Below, one piece after another: positions 54,741 through 64,000 of a DNA stretch of 64,000 bases (position 1 is the stretch's first letter; each line of letters opens with the position of its first letter). Origin of the DNA: Nannocystis bainbridge (GTDB lineage Bacteria > Myxococcota_A > Polyangia > Nannocystales > Nannocystaceae); NCBI RefSeq assembly GCF_028368995.1, contig NZ_JAQNDL010000001.1, forward strand, positions 3,456,001 through 3,520,000. Reading direction: 5' to 3'. Both the position numbers and the translations under genes were made by a program. The notes under the pieces are model-generated. The model worked only from the letters and a program-made list of their open reading frames with translations. It was not told the origin of the DNA and made no database searches.

Positions 54741-56021
54741 CTACGGGGCGAGCTGCGGCGAGCGGATGCCCTTGATCTGCGGGATCTGCTGCTTCAGCTT
54801 GCGCTCGATGCCCTGCTTCAGCGTCGCCTGCGAGCTCGGGCAGGTGACGCAGTTGCCGGTGAGGCGCACGCCGACGGTGTCCGACGTCACGTCGAGCAGC
54901 TCGATGTCGCCGCCGTCGGCCTGGACCAGCGGACGGCACGCCTCGAGCACCTCGCGGACGCGGGCGATCAGCGCCTCGCCCTCGAGCGGCTCGCTGTCGA
55001 CGGCGGCGTTCGGGTCCTCGAGCAGCGCTTCGAACGGCGAGCGCTCGGGGTGATGGACCACCGGCAGCTTGACGGGCTGCTTCTTGACCGGGGCGGCCGC
55101 CTTGGGCTCGTAGGGCACGGTGGCGCCGCCGGCGGCCTTCCAGCCCTCGATGCCGCCGCGCAGGCTGACGACCGACTTGAAGCCGCGGCGACCGAGGACC
55201 TCGGCGGCCTGCAGAGAGCGCCGGCCCGAGCGGCAGTAGGCGATCCACACGCCCTGCGGGTCGAGGCCTTCGGCCTGCTCGAGCTCGCCCAGCGAGACCG
55301 TGCGCGCGCCGGCCAGCACGCCCGTCTGGGCCCACTCCGACGGCTCGCGCACGTCGAGCAGCAGGACCTTGCCGCCCTCGGCCAACCTGGCCTTGAGGGC
55401 AGCCGCGGTCAGCTCGCGGCCGTCGCCGTCGTCCTCGTCCTCGTCGCCGACGATCGCCGCGACCACCGGCGGCGCGGCCGACGGATCGGCGAGCAGCGCG
55501 ACGAGCTTGCCCGACTCGTGCAGCTCACGCAGCTCGTCGAAGCCGCCGATGCACTGCTCGCGGATGAACACGTGCGGCGTGGTGCGGCGCCCGGTCTTGG
55601 TGCGGATCGCCGTGCGCAGGTCGTGGTTGTCGGTGTAGTCGATCGTCTTGGCGAGCAGGTTCTGCTCGCGCACCAGGTCGAGCGCGGCGCGGCAGTAGGG
55701 GCAGCCGCGCTTGTAGTAGATGATGAGGGCCGGCTCGGCCGGCTTGGCCTCGGCCCCCTTCTCGGGCTTGACGATGCCGCGGTCCTGCTGCCACTTGCGC
55801 AGCTTGTCGCGGTCGGTCTGCCACATCGGCTGGTCGGGCGTGCCGCCGTCCCAGCTGGGGAGGTCGAGGCGGACGTCGATGCGATCGAGGCCGACGAAGC
55901 TGCGCACGCGATCGAGGCCGGCGGCGGCCACCCGGACGGGGGCGTGCTCCGAGGTCTTGCCGCGCTCGACGACCCGGTCGAGGGTGTGCACGGTGATGCG
56001 CTTGAGGAGCGTGCCTATCAC
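54741..56021 (-). CDS. Glutaredoxin-rhodanese-NifU(C) fusion protein
   Basis: GCPYC...TTPHVFI...IGGFDEL (Grx); LLDVREPSEW...YCRSGRRS...LRGGIEGW (rhodanese); RPLVQADGGDIEL...GNCVTCPSSQATLKQGIE (NifU-C). Confidence 0.88.
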   Translation of the reverse strand: MIGTLLKRITVHTLDRVVERGKTSEHAPVRVAAAGLDRVRSFVGLDRIDVRLDLPSWDGGTPDQPMWQTDRDKLRKWQQDRGIVKPEKGAEAKPAEPALIIYYKRGCPYCRAALDLVREQNLLAKTIDYTDNHDLRTAIRTKTGRRTTPHVFIREQCIGGFDELRELHESGKLVALLADPSAAPPVVAAIVGDEDEDDGDGRELTAAALKARLAEGGKVLLLDVREPSEWAQTGVLAGARTVSLGELEQAEGLDPQGVWIAYCRSGRRSLQAAEVLGRRGFKSVVSLRGGIEGWKAAGGATVPYEPKAAAPVKKQPVKLPVVHHPERSPFEALLEDPNAAVDSEPLEGEALIARVREVLEACRPLVQADGGDIELLDVTSDTVGVRLTGNCVTCPSSQATLKQGIERKLKQQIPQIKGIRSPQLAP

Positions 56022-56068
56022 GAGGGGACGCCTTAGCCGGCAGGGCCGGCGGCGTCAAGTCGGGCATT

Positions 56069-56150
<82 letters not shown>

Positions 56151-56175
56151 GCGGAACAGAGCGTATCATTACAGT

Positions 56176-56910
56176 GTGACGTCGCTCCAGAGGCTTTGCG
56201 CGTGGATGTGTGGATTCGCGGTGATCGGCTGTTCGCAGCCGGCCGGTTCGCAGAAGACGGAGCCCGAGGCCAAGGGTGCGGCCGCGGAGCCCGCGAAGGG
56301 GACCGAGGCCAAGGCGCCGGAGGCCCGGGCCGCGGCGCAGACGACCTCCGGTCAGGTCCGCAGCGACGTGGCCCTGCCGCTGCCGGCCCTGCTCGGGCAG
56401 CCGGTCCTGTCGGTCGAGCCCAACTTCGGCGAGCACCAGGGCAAGGGCATGGCCCGCACGACATGCGTCCGCTTCGCGCCGGAGCGGACCTTCTTCCGCT
56501 GCACCTTCGCGCTCCAGCGCTACGCCGACAAGGGCGACGAGTGGGCGGGCATCCGCGTCGAGTACGAGGACGGCCTGGCGGCCTCGATCGGCTTCGACGG
56601 CTATAAAAAGGGGACCGGTCCGTTCGACCCGAAGGTGCTGCTGCGGGCCGTGGGCCTCGAGCTGCCCGACGAGCCCCGGGCCGACGCGCCGGCGGAGGGG
56701 GTGCGCCGGTGGGCGTGGTTCAACGACCGCGCGCGCCTCAAGATCGGCGAGCACCAGTACCGCGTCGAGATCTCGGTGGTCGGCGACGACTGGGCCCGCA
56801 GCCGCATCGACGTGGTGCGCAACGAGCCGCTGACGCCGGAGCAGAAGGCCAAGATCGTGCCGCCCGGCGCGGGCAAGCCGGAGATCAGCGAGCCGCCGCC
56901 AGGGCCGTGA
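56176..56910 (+). CDS. Hypothetical lipoprotein
   Basis: VIGC lipobox, Ala/Glu/Lys linker, GC3-rich codons. Confidence 0.7.
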   Translation: MTSLQRLCAWMCGFAVIGCSQPAGSQKTEPEAKGAAAEPAKGTEAKAPEARAAAQTTSGQVRSDVALPLPALLGQPVLSVEPNFGEHQGKGMARTTCVRFAPERTFFRCTFALQRYADKGDEWAGIRVEYEDGLAASIGFDGYKKGTGPFDPKVLLRAVGLELPDEPRADAPAEGVRRWAWFNDRARLKIGEHQYRVEISVVGDDWARSRIDVVRNEPLTPEQKAKIVPPGAGKPEISEPPPGP

Positions 56911-56934
56911 GGGAGGCGTCGCCGGGCTGCGACA

Positions 56935-57015
56935 CCACCTGGCCTCACGGGCATGTCATCAAGGACATGTCATGAGTAACATGTCGCTCGGGGCATGTCC
57001 TTTCGGGCATGCCCA
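56935..57015. repeat. 14-bp-period decamer array (6 units)
   Basis: CCTG 56938; CATG 56952, 56966, 56980, 56994, 57008. Confidence 0.9.
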
Positions 57016-57018
57016 GTT

Positions 57019-58437
57019 CTAAAAAATCTTGCCGGGGTTGAGCAGGCCGCTCGGATCGAGGACGGCCTTGATCCCGCGCATCAGCGCCACTTCGGTCGGG
57101 TTGCGGCTGAAGTGGAGGTGATCGCGCTTGAGCAGGCCGACGCCGTGTTCGGCGGAGATGCTGCCGCCGTGGGCCTGGACCAGGGCGTAGAGCTCGTCGT
57201 CGAAGCCGTGCACGCGCTCGAGAAATTCGGGCAAGCCGAGGCCGTCGGGGCGGAGGATGTTGAGGTGGAGGTTGCCGTCGCCGACGTGGCCGAAGCACAG
57301 CGCCTCGATGCCGGGCAGGCGCTCGGCGACGAGGGGGCGCCAGGCGGCCAGGAACTCGGCGACGCGGGCGACCGGCAGGGCGATGTCGGCCTTGTGCGGG
57401 GTGTGGCGATGGAGCGACTCGCTGATGTCCTCGCGGTAGGCCCACAGCGCGCGGCCCTGGGCTGCGGTCGCGGCCAGCACCGCGTCGGCGAGCTCGCCGG
57501 CGTCCGCGGCCTCGGCGAGGCAGGCGCTGAGCTCGTCACGCGAGTGCTCGAGCGCGGCGGCGCCGGGGACCGGGACCTCGACCTCGGCCAGCACGTAGCG
57601 CGCGGCCGGCTCGGCGAACGGCGGGTCGCCCCGGCGGTGGGCCAGCACGTGGCCGAGGCAGCCGTGGTCGAGGAACTCGAAGGCCGACAGCGTCAGGCTG
57701 CTGCGGCGCAGGCGAGCGAACAGCGCCAGGACCTCGACGTCGGACCCCACGGCGCACAGCGCGACCAGCGTGTCGGCCGGCGGTCGCGCCAGCTTGAGCG
57801 TGACCCCGACGATCACCCCGAGCGTGCCCTCGCTGCCGATGAACAGCTGGCGCAGGTCGTAACCGGTGTTGTTCTTGACCAGCGCCCCGCCGAGCGCGAG
57901 CAGTTCGCCGCTGGCGAGCACGACCTCGAGGCCGAGCACCCAGTCGCGCGTGAGGCCGTAGCGCAGGACCTTCACCCCGCCGGCGTTGGTCGCCAGGCTG
58001 CCGCCGATCTGGGCGCTGCCCTTGGCGGCGTAGTCGACGGGATAAAGGAGGCCGGCGGCGGCCGCCGCGTCCTGCACGGCCTGAAGGGTCGCGCCGGCCT
58101 CGCAGCGCAGGGTGCGGGCGGCCGGGTCGACCTCGAGGATCCGGTGCATGCGCTCGAGCGACAGCACGACCTCGCCGCGGGTGGCGGTGGCCGCCCCCGC
58201 CAGGCCGGTGCGGCCGCCGGAGGGGACGATCGGAACGCCGTGAGCGGCACACGCGCGGACGACCGCCTGGACATCGGCGGCCGAGCGCGGAAACACGATG
58301 AATGACGGCCGCACCGGCCAGCCGCCGCGGCAGCGATCGGCGCCGTAGTAGGCCAGATCGGCCGGATCGTCGCTCAGGCGGTCGGCGCCGAGGGCCGCGA
58401 TCAAGGCCGCGCGGAGGTCTTCGAGGTCGGGGACCAT
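57019..58437 (-). CDS. FAD-linked D-2-hydroxyacid oxidoreductase (GlcD/D2HGDH family)
   Basis: PSGGRTGL, QIGGSLATNAGG, KNNTGYDL..LFIGSEGTLG, GHVGDGNLHLN, SAEHGVG, LNPGKIF. Confidence 0.93.
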   Translation of the reverse strand: MVPDLEDLRAALIAALGADRLSDDPADLAYYGADRCRGGWPVRPSFIVFPRSAADVQAVVRACAAHGVPIVPSGGRTGLAGAATATRGEVVLSLERMHRILEVDPAARTLRCEAGATLQAVQDAAAAAGLLYPVDYAAKGSAQIGGSLATNAGGVKVLRYGLTRDWVLGLEVVLASGELLALGGALVKNNTGYDLRQLFIGSEGTLGVIVGVTLKLARPPADTLVALCAVGSDVEVLALFARLRRSSLTLSAFEFLDHGCLGHVLAHRRGDPPFAEPAARYVLAEVEVPVPGAAALEHSRDELSACLAEAADAGELADAVLAATAAQGRALWAYREDISESLHRHTPHKADIALPVARVAEFLAAWRPLVAERLPGIEALCFGHVGDGNLHLNILRPDGLGLPEFLERVHGFDDELYALVQAHGGSISAEHGVGLLKRDHLHFSRNPTEVALMRGIKAVLDPSGLLNPGKIF

Positions 58438-58561
58438 GACGTGCGAGGGTAACTCAATGGCGCGAGCGCGCCCGCATGCCGCGGGCGCGCTCGACACAGC
58501 TCCTCGGTTATCAGCGTTAGGCGCTCCCGAACGGCGTTCACCGCCCGGGAAGCGGCCGACG

Positions 58562-58891
58562 CTAGAGCGCCGGGAGGGCGTTGGCCGGCAGCCGCATGAG
58601 CTGGCGGACCATGCGGACGACGGACTTCACGACCGGGTGGCCCTTGATGAAGACCACGCCCACCACGTGCTTGTCGTCGCCAGCGACAAGGATCGCGTGC
58701 TCGCCGACGAGGATGCGAACGGCGGTCTCGCCCGCCACTTGCCGCAGCTTCACCGCTTCGAGCACGATGGGCTTCCAGCGCTCCTCGCCGACCCACGCCG
58801 CGTCGCCCGCCTGCGCCTGCTCCGCGGTTTGGTCCAACACGGCCACGATACCGTCGTGGCGAAGAACGCGCTCAATTCGTGTCGATGACAT
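58562..58891 (-). CDS. Small hypothetical protein, possibly Roadblock/LC7-like fold
   Basis: 109 aa; ERVLRHDGIVAV, helix, three beta-strands, C-terminal helix. Confidence 0.6.
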   Translation of the reverse strand: MSSTRIERVLRHDGIVAVLDQTAEQAQAGDAAWVGEERWKPIVLEAVKLRQVAGETAVRILVGEHAILVAGDDKHVVGVVFIKGHPVVKSVVRMVRQLMRLPANALPAL

Positions 58892-59022
58892 GGACTTCCC
58901 TGTTTTTCTGGCCCAATTGGGCCCGTACGTCGCAAACTGGGGGGGTCGTGACGGGCTTTGGGTTTTACAAAAAGCCCCCAGGTGCGTCAAATCCGCAAGA
59001 CCGGTTTCACGGTGATTCACGA

Positions 59023-59838
59023 ATGAACCTTGTCGACACCCACGCGCACATCGACATGCCGCGCTTCGGCGATCGTGCGGAACGTCGATTTGCCGCTGTT
59101 CGGGCCGCTGCCGCGGGAATTTCGGCGATCGTAATCCCCGGTGTCGAACCGGAATCTTGGGACGCGCTGCTCGAGGTCGCGGCCGACTTGAGCGAAATCG
59201 CTCCAACCGTGCGCTTTCACACCGCCCTGGGGATCCACCCCCAAGTCCTTCCGCAGCTCGCCCCCGCGCATGATTCCGCGGTCCTGACCGCATTAAGCGA
59301 CCGGATTCGCGCGGCGCCGGCCGACCTGGTGGCGATCGGCGAGTGCGGCCTCGATTTCGGGCCGGGCGGCGGCGGGGTGCCGCGCGAGCGGCAGGTCGCG
59401 GTGCTGCGGGCCCACTTCGCGCTGGCGCGAGCGACCGGGCTTCCGTTGCTGCTGCACTGTTTGAAGGCCTACGCGGTGATGCTCGCGCTGCTGGACGAGC
59501 AGCCGTTGCCGCCGTCGATCCTGCACAGCTACTCGGGCAGCGCCGAGATGGTGCCGGCGTTCTGCCGCGGCGGTCACGCGATCTCGTTCGCCGGGGCGAT
59601 CACGCTGCCGGGCGCGCGCCGGCCGGTGCTGGCCGCCCGCGCGGTCGCGGCCGACCGGCTGCTGCTCGAGACCGACTCGCCCGACCAGACGCCGGCGTCG
59701 CGCCGGCCGGCCCGCAACGAACCTGCGTTCCTCGGCGACATCGCCCGCGCCGTCGCCGCGGCGCGCGAGGAGCCGCTCGAGCAGGTGGCCCAGACCACCA
59801 CCGACAACGCGCGCCGCCTGCTGCGGCTCGCTGCCTGA
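59023..59838 (+). CDS. tatD: TatD family deoxyribonuclease
   Basis: VDTHAH, GIHP, AIGECGLD, LH, HSYSGS, LLETDSP, NEPA. Confidence 0.93.
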   Translation: MNLVDTHAHIDMPRFGDRAERRFAAVRAAAAGISAIVIPGVEPESWDALLEVAADLSEIAPTVRFHTALGIHPQVLPQLAPAHDSAVLTALSDRIRAAPADLVAIGECGLDFGPGGGGVPRERQVAVLRAHFALARATGLPLLLHCLKAYAVMLALLDEQPLPPSILHSYSGSAEMVPAFCRGGHAISFAGAITLPGARRPVLAARAVAADRLLLETDSPDQTPASRRPARNEPAFLGDIARAVAAAREEPLEQVAQTTTDNARRLLRLAA

Positions 59839-59840
59839 CG

Positions 59841-61445
59841 ATGATGCGAACCCGCAGTCTGATGACCGTTCTGGCCTTCGGGACAGGCCTGCTGGGGTGC
59901 GGCGGCCCGCCGCCCACGCCGAAGCCCGAGGTCGGGGTCCCGACCCCCCCGCCGCCCGTGATCGCCGCGCCGGAGCCCGAGCGCGTGCCGCCGCCGCCCG
60001 AGAAGCTGGTGATCTCGCACCCGCGCGAGCTGGCCGAGGTCGACCTGTCGCGGCTGGTCTCGCTCGACCTCGCGCTGTCGCCGGAGGACCGCCGCGAGCG
60101 CGCCAGCCAGCTGCGCGACGACCTCGATTACGACCACGCCTGCGCGGAGCTCGACCTGACCCGCCTGGCCGAGCGCACGCCGGCGCTGCGGACGCTGCGG
60201 ATCTCCGGCTGCCTCGACGCGGTCCACGCGGGCCTCGGCGCGTTGATCGGGGTCGAGAGCCTCGCGCTCGCCGACCTCACGCTCGACGGGGTGGTCATGG
60301 GCCGGATCGCCAGCCTGCCGCGGCTGCGCCACCTGACCCTCGCGCGCGTGGCCCAGGGCGCCGAGCCGGTGGCCCTGCTGGCGCGCGCGCGGCTCGAGTC
60401 GCTGGTCCTCCGCGACCTCGCCACCGACTCGGGGCTGGCGGCGCTCGCCGGCGATGTCGCCGGGCTGCAGACGCTCACGCTCGAAGGCGCGTGGGCCGGG
60501 CACGACGCGCTGCTCGAGGTCGCCGACGGGGTCGCGCTGAAAGAAGTGAAGCTGCTCGACACCCGCGCGGGCAACTTCTCGCTGCACCAGCTCAAGCCGC
60601 TCACGGGCCTGTCGCGGCTGACGCTGCGCGGCTCGGGCTTCAACGACTACAGCCCGCTGTACGTGCGCGACCTGCCGCTGACCGAGTTCACGTGCGCCTG
60701 CCCGAACCTCGGCGACAAGGGCCTGCGCGCGCTGGGCCGGCAGGTGGGGCTGCGGCGGCTGGTGCTGCCGCAGTCGCGGATCTCCGGCGCGGGGCTCGAG
60801 GAGCTGGCCAAGCTCGGACTGCAGTCGATCGAGATCCGCGGCCGCGACCTCGGGCCCGACGGGCTGCTCGCGCTCAGCCGCCTGCCCGACCTGCGCACCC
60901 TCGTGCTCGGGCTGGCGCCGCCGCTGACGCTGGCCGACCCGACGATGCAGCACCTCGGCGAGCTGGCGGGCCTGCGCACGCTGGTGCTCGACATCCCGAG
61001 CCTGGGCGACCGGGTGGCCGACGAGCTCGGCGAGCTGATCGGGCTGGTCGAGCTCGACCTCGGCGCGACCCAGATCTCCGACGCGGGCCTGCGCGCGCTC
61101 GCGGGGATGCACGGGCTCAAGGTGCTGCGGCTGCACCACACCAAGGTGACGCACCGCGGGCTGGCCAACCTGGCCGCGCTGACGCAGCTCGAGGTGCTGG
61201 AGCTCGACCACACCGATGTGGTCGACGGCGGCGTGGCGAGCCTCAAGGACCTGACCTCGCTGCGGGTGCTGCGGCTCGACGCGACGCTCATCACCGATCA
61301 GTCGCTGCAGTACCTGCGCGGGATGACGAAGCTCGAGCAGCTGAACCTCGCGGACACGGTCGTCACCGCCGACGGCGCGGCGACGCTGCTTTCGCTGCCG
61401 TCGCTGCGCTCGGTCAACCTGGCCCGCACGCGCGCGAGTGATTGA
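59841..61445 (+). CDS. Leucine-rich-repeat lipoprotein
   Basis: LLGC lipobox; repeated LxxLxLxxTxITDxGL-type 24-aa units. Confidence 0.88.
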   Translation: MMRTRSLMTVLAFGTGLLGCGGPPPTPKPEVGVPTPPPPVIAAPEPERVPPPPEKLVISHPRELAEVDLSRLVSLDLALSPEDRRERASQLRDDLDYDHACAELDLTRLAERTPALRTLRISGCLDAVHAGLGALIGVESLALADLTLDGVVMGRIASLPRLRHLTLARVAQGAEPVALLARARLESLVLRDLATDSGLAALAGDVAGLQTLTLEGAWAGHDALLEVADGVALKEVKLLDTRAGNFSLHQLKPLTGLSRLTLRGSGFNDYSPLYVRDLPLTEFTCACPNLGDKGLRALGRQVGLRRLVLPQSRISGAGLEELAKLGLQSIEIRGRDLGPDGLLALSRLPDLRTLVLGLAPPLTLADPTMQHLGELAGLRTLVLDIPSLGDRVADELGELIGLVELDLGATQISDAGLRALAGMHGLKVLRLHHTKVTHRGLANLAALTQLEVLELDHTDVVDGGVASLKDLTSLRVLRLDATLITDQSLQYLRGMTKLEQLNLADTVVTADGAATLLSLPSLRSVNLARTRASD

Positions 61446-61567
61446 GGCCGGAACACGTCGAGACCGCGCCGAGAGTGGCCGGGCCGCGAGGATGCGGTAG
61501 ACAGCCTCGCGGGCCGTCGCGTCGCGTCGCGTCCCGGGGCTCCCCTTCGACGAGAGAGGCAATCACG

Positions 61568-61990
61568 ATGCAGATCGGCCTGTTCGGCTTTGTCATCGCC
61601 GCGCAAAACCCCACCACCAGCGCGCAGTGGTTCGTCGAGCACTTCGGCTTCGCCGTGGGCGTCGACATCGGCTGGTACGTCAACCTCCAGCACCCCGGCC
61701 ATGCGAACGTCAGCCTCGACTTCGTCCAGCGCGACCACGACTCGTGGCCGGTCGCCGCCCGCGGCAAGCAGGTCGCCGGCTCGCTGGTGGCCTTCCTGGT
61801 CGAGGACGTCGACGCCGAGCACGCGCGGCTGCGCGAGGCCGGTCTGACGATCGTGCTGCCGCCGGTCAGCGAGCCGTGGGGTCAGCGGCGGTTCCAGATC
61901 GCGGCGCCGGACGGCCTGTTCGTCGAGGTCCTGCAGCGCGTCGCGCCCGATCCGTCGTGGCTGGCCGCGCACGGCCTGGGCCCGCAGTGA
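61568..61990 (+). CDS. VOC/glyoxalase family protein
   Basis: WFVEHFGF, VEDVDAEHARL, EPWGQRRF..APDG. Confidence 0.9.
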   Translation: MQIGLFGFVIAAQNPTTSAQWFVEHFGFAVGVDIGWYVNLQHPGHANVSLDFVQRDHDSWPVAARGKQVAGSLVAFLVEDVDAEHARLREAGLTIVLPPVSEPWGQRRFQIAAPDGLFVEVLQRVAPDPSWLAAHGLGPQ

Positions 61991-61993
61991 GTC

Positions 61994-62127
61994 GTCGCAA
62001 TGCCGCGGGGTGACGCTCACGCCAGCGTTGGCTCGCGCGCGGGCAAGTGAACGCGGCCGTCGCAATGCCGCGGGGTGACGCTCACGCCAGCGGTGGCGCG
62101 CGCTCGGGCAAGTGGACGCGGCCGTCG
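61994..62127. repeat. 65-bp tandem duplication of the thiD-like 3' end
   Basis: gtcgcaatgccgcggggtgacgctcacgccagcg...gggcaagtgRacgcggcc at 61994 and 62059. Confidence 0.85.
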
Positions 62128-62888
62128 ATGCCGGGCACGCAGCGGGTGCGGACCACGTCGAGCCAGGCCACCGCGGCGCTGATGGCCGCCAGCATGTGGC
62201 GGCCCTGCGCCAGGCCGCAGGCGATCGCCGTCGCCAGGGCGCAGCCGGTGCCGCGCGGGTCGGGGCCGGCCACGCGCGGCCGCTCGAACACGTGGACCTG
62301 TCCCGGGAGACAGGCGATGTCACGGACCCGCTCGTGGCCCACCACCGCGCTCTTGAGCAGGACGCCGGCGCGGCCGAGCGCGTCGGCGGTGCGCTGGTCC
62401 AGCTCGGGGTCGTCCTCGGTCGAGCCGGTCAAGGCCGCCGCCTCGTGGCGATTGGGCGTCACGAGCCATGTCTCTTCGGACATGTCCCGAAGGCAATCTC
62501 GCAGGATGTCCGCGCGCGCGCCGAGGTCACCGCCGTCGGAGGCCGCGAGCACCGGATCGATCACCACCGGCACGCGGCGAGACGCGACCTCGTCGAGGAC
62601 CGCCTCGACCAGCGCCGCCGGCAACAGGCCGATCTTGATCGCGCGCGGCGGCGGCATCGACCGCAGCTCGCGGATGACCGCGGCCGCCGAGCGCGGCTCC
62701 GCCGACGCGGGGCGACCGTGACCCTGGCGCGTCCACGCGGTCACGACCCGGGCCACCGGCACGCTCGGGGCACAGGCGCCGGCCGTGAAGGTGTCGCGCA
62801 AGATACCGGCCCCGCCGGTCGGATCGAGGCCGGCGAGCAGCCACAGCGCGGTGGCGTGGCTTGAAGTCTCGGGTACACTGCGGACCAT
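62082..62888 (-). CDS. thiD: Hydroxymethylpyrimidine/phosphomethylpyrimidine kinase-like protein
   Basis: AGLDPTGGAGILRD, IKIGLL, VIDPVL..S.GG, LVTPNRHEA, RGTGCALATAIA; start uncertain. Confidence 0.82.
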   Translation of the reverse strand: MVRSVPETSSHATALWLLAGLDPTGGAGILRDTFTAGACAPSVPVARVVTAWTRQGHGRPASAEPRSAAAVIRELRSMPPPRAIKIGLLPAALVEAVLDEVASRRVPVVIDPVLAASDGGDLGARADILRDCLRDMSEETWLVTPNRHEAAALTGSTEDDPELDQRTADALGRAGVLLKSAVVGHERVRDIACLPGQVHVFERPRVAGPDPRGTGCALATAIACGLAQGRHMLAAISAAVAWLDVVRTRCVPGIDGRVHLPERAPPLA

Positions 62889-63102
62889 GGCGACCTTCAC
62901 CGGGACCGTGCGAAAGAACGACCTCGAGGGCGGCTTTCACGAGCTCGTCACCGAACAGGGCGATGTGTACCGCCTGAGCAAGTGCTCCGTGAAGGCGGGG
63001 GCGCGGGTCAAGGTGGAGGGCAACGTCGAATCCGGTGGTTTCGGGATCCACATGTCCGGACCGAGCATCGCGGTCAAGAGTATCGAGGTTCTCGCCAGCT
63101 AG
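62887..63102 (+). CDS. Small OB-fold-like protein (DUF5818-like)
   Basis: MATFTGTVRKNDLEGG..ELVTEQG..YRL...GARVKVEG...SGPSIAVKSI. Confidence 0.7.
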   Translation: MATFTGTVRKNDLEGGFHELVTEQGDVYRLSKCSVKAGARVKVEGNVESGGFGIHMSGPSIAVKSIEVLAS

Positions 63103-63265
63103 CGCCCGACCTGCCGGGTCGCGGTCCGCACCTCCGCGGGCCGCGTGGGCAGCCCCGCCCGGCCCCACCCTCGCGCCAGGGGCGTGAGGACATCCTGCCC
63201 GAGACAAGACCGTCGGCGCCGCCGAGGGTCGCGCAGGCCGTCACGGCGAGCGACGGACCAAAGGC

Positions 63266-63298
63266 GAAGGCCCTGTCACCGGTGGTGACAGGGCCTTC
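63266..63298 (-). terminator. Perfect 15-bp hairpin downstream of tRNA-Leu
   Basis: GAAGGCCCTGTCACC-GGT-GGTGACAGGGCCTTC. Confidence 0.75.
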
Positions 63299-63306
63299 AG
63301 CGCTTG

Positions 63307-63389
63307 TGCGAGGAAAGGGACTCGAACCCCCACGTCCTAGGGACACACGGACCTGAACCGTGCGCGTCTACCAATTTCGCCATCCTCGC
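63307..63389 (-). tRNA. tRNA-Leu(CAG)
   Basis: GCGAGGATGGCGAAATTGGTAGACGCG-CACGG-TTCAGGT-CCGTG...GGTTCGAGTCCC...TCCTCGCA. Confidence 0.95.
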
Positions 63390-63400
63390 GGCGGGCGTGG

Positions 63401-63429
63401 AACCTAGGCCGACTCGGCTTCGGCGTCAA
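63401..63429 (-). promoter_or_regulatory. Sigma70-type promoter of tRNA-Leu(CAG)
   Basis: TTGACG-N17-TAGGTT directly upstream of the tRNA. Confidence 0.7.
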
Positions 63430-63531
63430 GCAATTTTGCGATGGCCCGGAGGCGGTGCGAGGGGAGCATGGCGCACTCCACGCCAGGGACACCGGCCGGC
63501 TATCCGGCGCCCGTTTGCCGCCGGCAGGCCG

Positions 63532-64000
63532 TCAGGAGGACTTGTCGCCCGGCGGCTTGCCGGGATCGGCCGAACCGTTGGTGCCAGTCTTGCCGTCCTC
63601 GGCGGTCTGCTCCGGCCGGACTTTCAGCAGCGCCTGCAGTTCCGGCTCGAGCTCGCCGTCGTTGGGCCAGGCCTCGTCCTCCAGCACCTCGATGACGATC
63701 CGCTGGTTCGAGAGGTCGCGCTCGTAGCCGGCGCGAGGGGCGCCCGGCCGCCGGTCGTCGTCGAGCTCGCCCCACTCGGTGTCGATCGAGAACACCTCTT
63801 CGTCCTCGTCGGGCACGACCACCACGCGCGTGACCGACGCGTCTTCGTCGTCGTCGAGGTCGTCGTCGGACGGCAGGCGGAACACCGGGCTCGAGACCTC
63901 GGCGCCGCCGAGCGAGCCCATGTCGAAATCGCCGGAGTCGCCCGCCGAGCCGCCGGCCAGCCGCGCCGCCAAACTGACCGGCTCCGACTCGTCGTCGAGG
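63532..64000 (-). CDS. Acidic low-complexity C-terminus of a gene starting beyond the window
   Basis: Open GC3-rich frame to the window edge; Asp/Glu-rich; stop at 63532. Confidence 0.6.
   Translation of the reverse strand, partial: LDDESEPVSLAARLAGGSAGDSGDFDMGSLGGAEVSSPVFRLPSDDDLDDDEDASVTRVVVVPDEDEEVFSIDTEWGELDDDRRPGAPRAGYERDLSNQRIVIEVLEDEAWPNDGELEPELQALLKVRPEQTAEDGKTGTNGSADPGKPPGDKSS

Noticed and set aside
56935-57015. Match of the decamer to the eukaryotic p53 half-site RRRCWWGYYY
   Set aside because: Formally the same consensus, but there is no evidence for a p53-like protein; treated as coincidence.

Overview
Very GC-rich myxobacterial chromosome segment. The oar-mlpA pair and Thr/Gly/Asp-rich lipoprotein linkers suggest Nannocystis or a relative; this is an inference. 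Housekeeping and accessory genes include proBA, oar-mlpA, gshB-like, dps, serA, hrpB, feoAB, mscL, exbD, a Usp, a P450, a sulfite-oxidase-family enzyme, a 2-hydroxyacyl-CoA dehydratase activase pair, a Grx-rhodanese-NifU fusion, tatD, thiD-like and two tRNA-Leu genes. Two unexplained features stand out. (1) More than 25 short arrays of a degenerate palindromic decamer (ideal GGACATGTCC, consensus RRRCATGYYY) recur across the window at a strict 14-bp period. They lie between genes, over start codons and inside CDSs, where they coincide with rare codons, which suggests a chromosome-wide protein-binding code. (2) A tandem cluster of four paralogous secreted Cys-rich acidic proteins (12.4-17.7 kb) has homologous upstream DNA, and three of the genes are followed by a covarying stem-loop with a conserved C-rich loop (candidate sRNA). 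Several VNTRs are also present (65 bp, 21 bp in-frame, 74-78 bp). Start codons were chosen by eye and product calls rest on motif recognition only; no searches were run.
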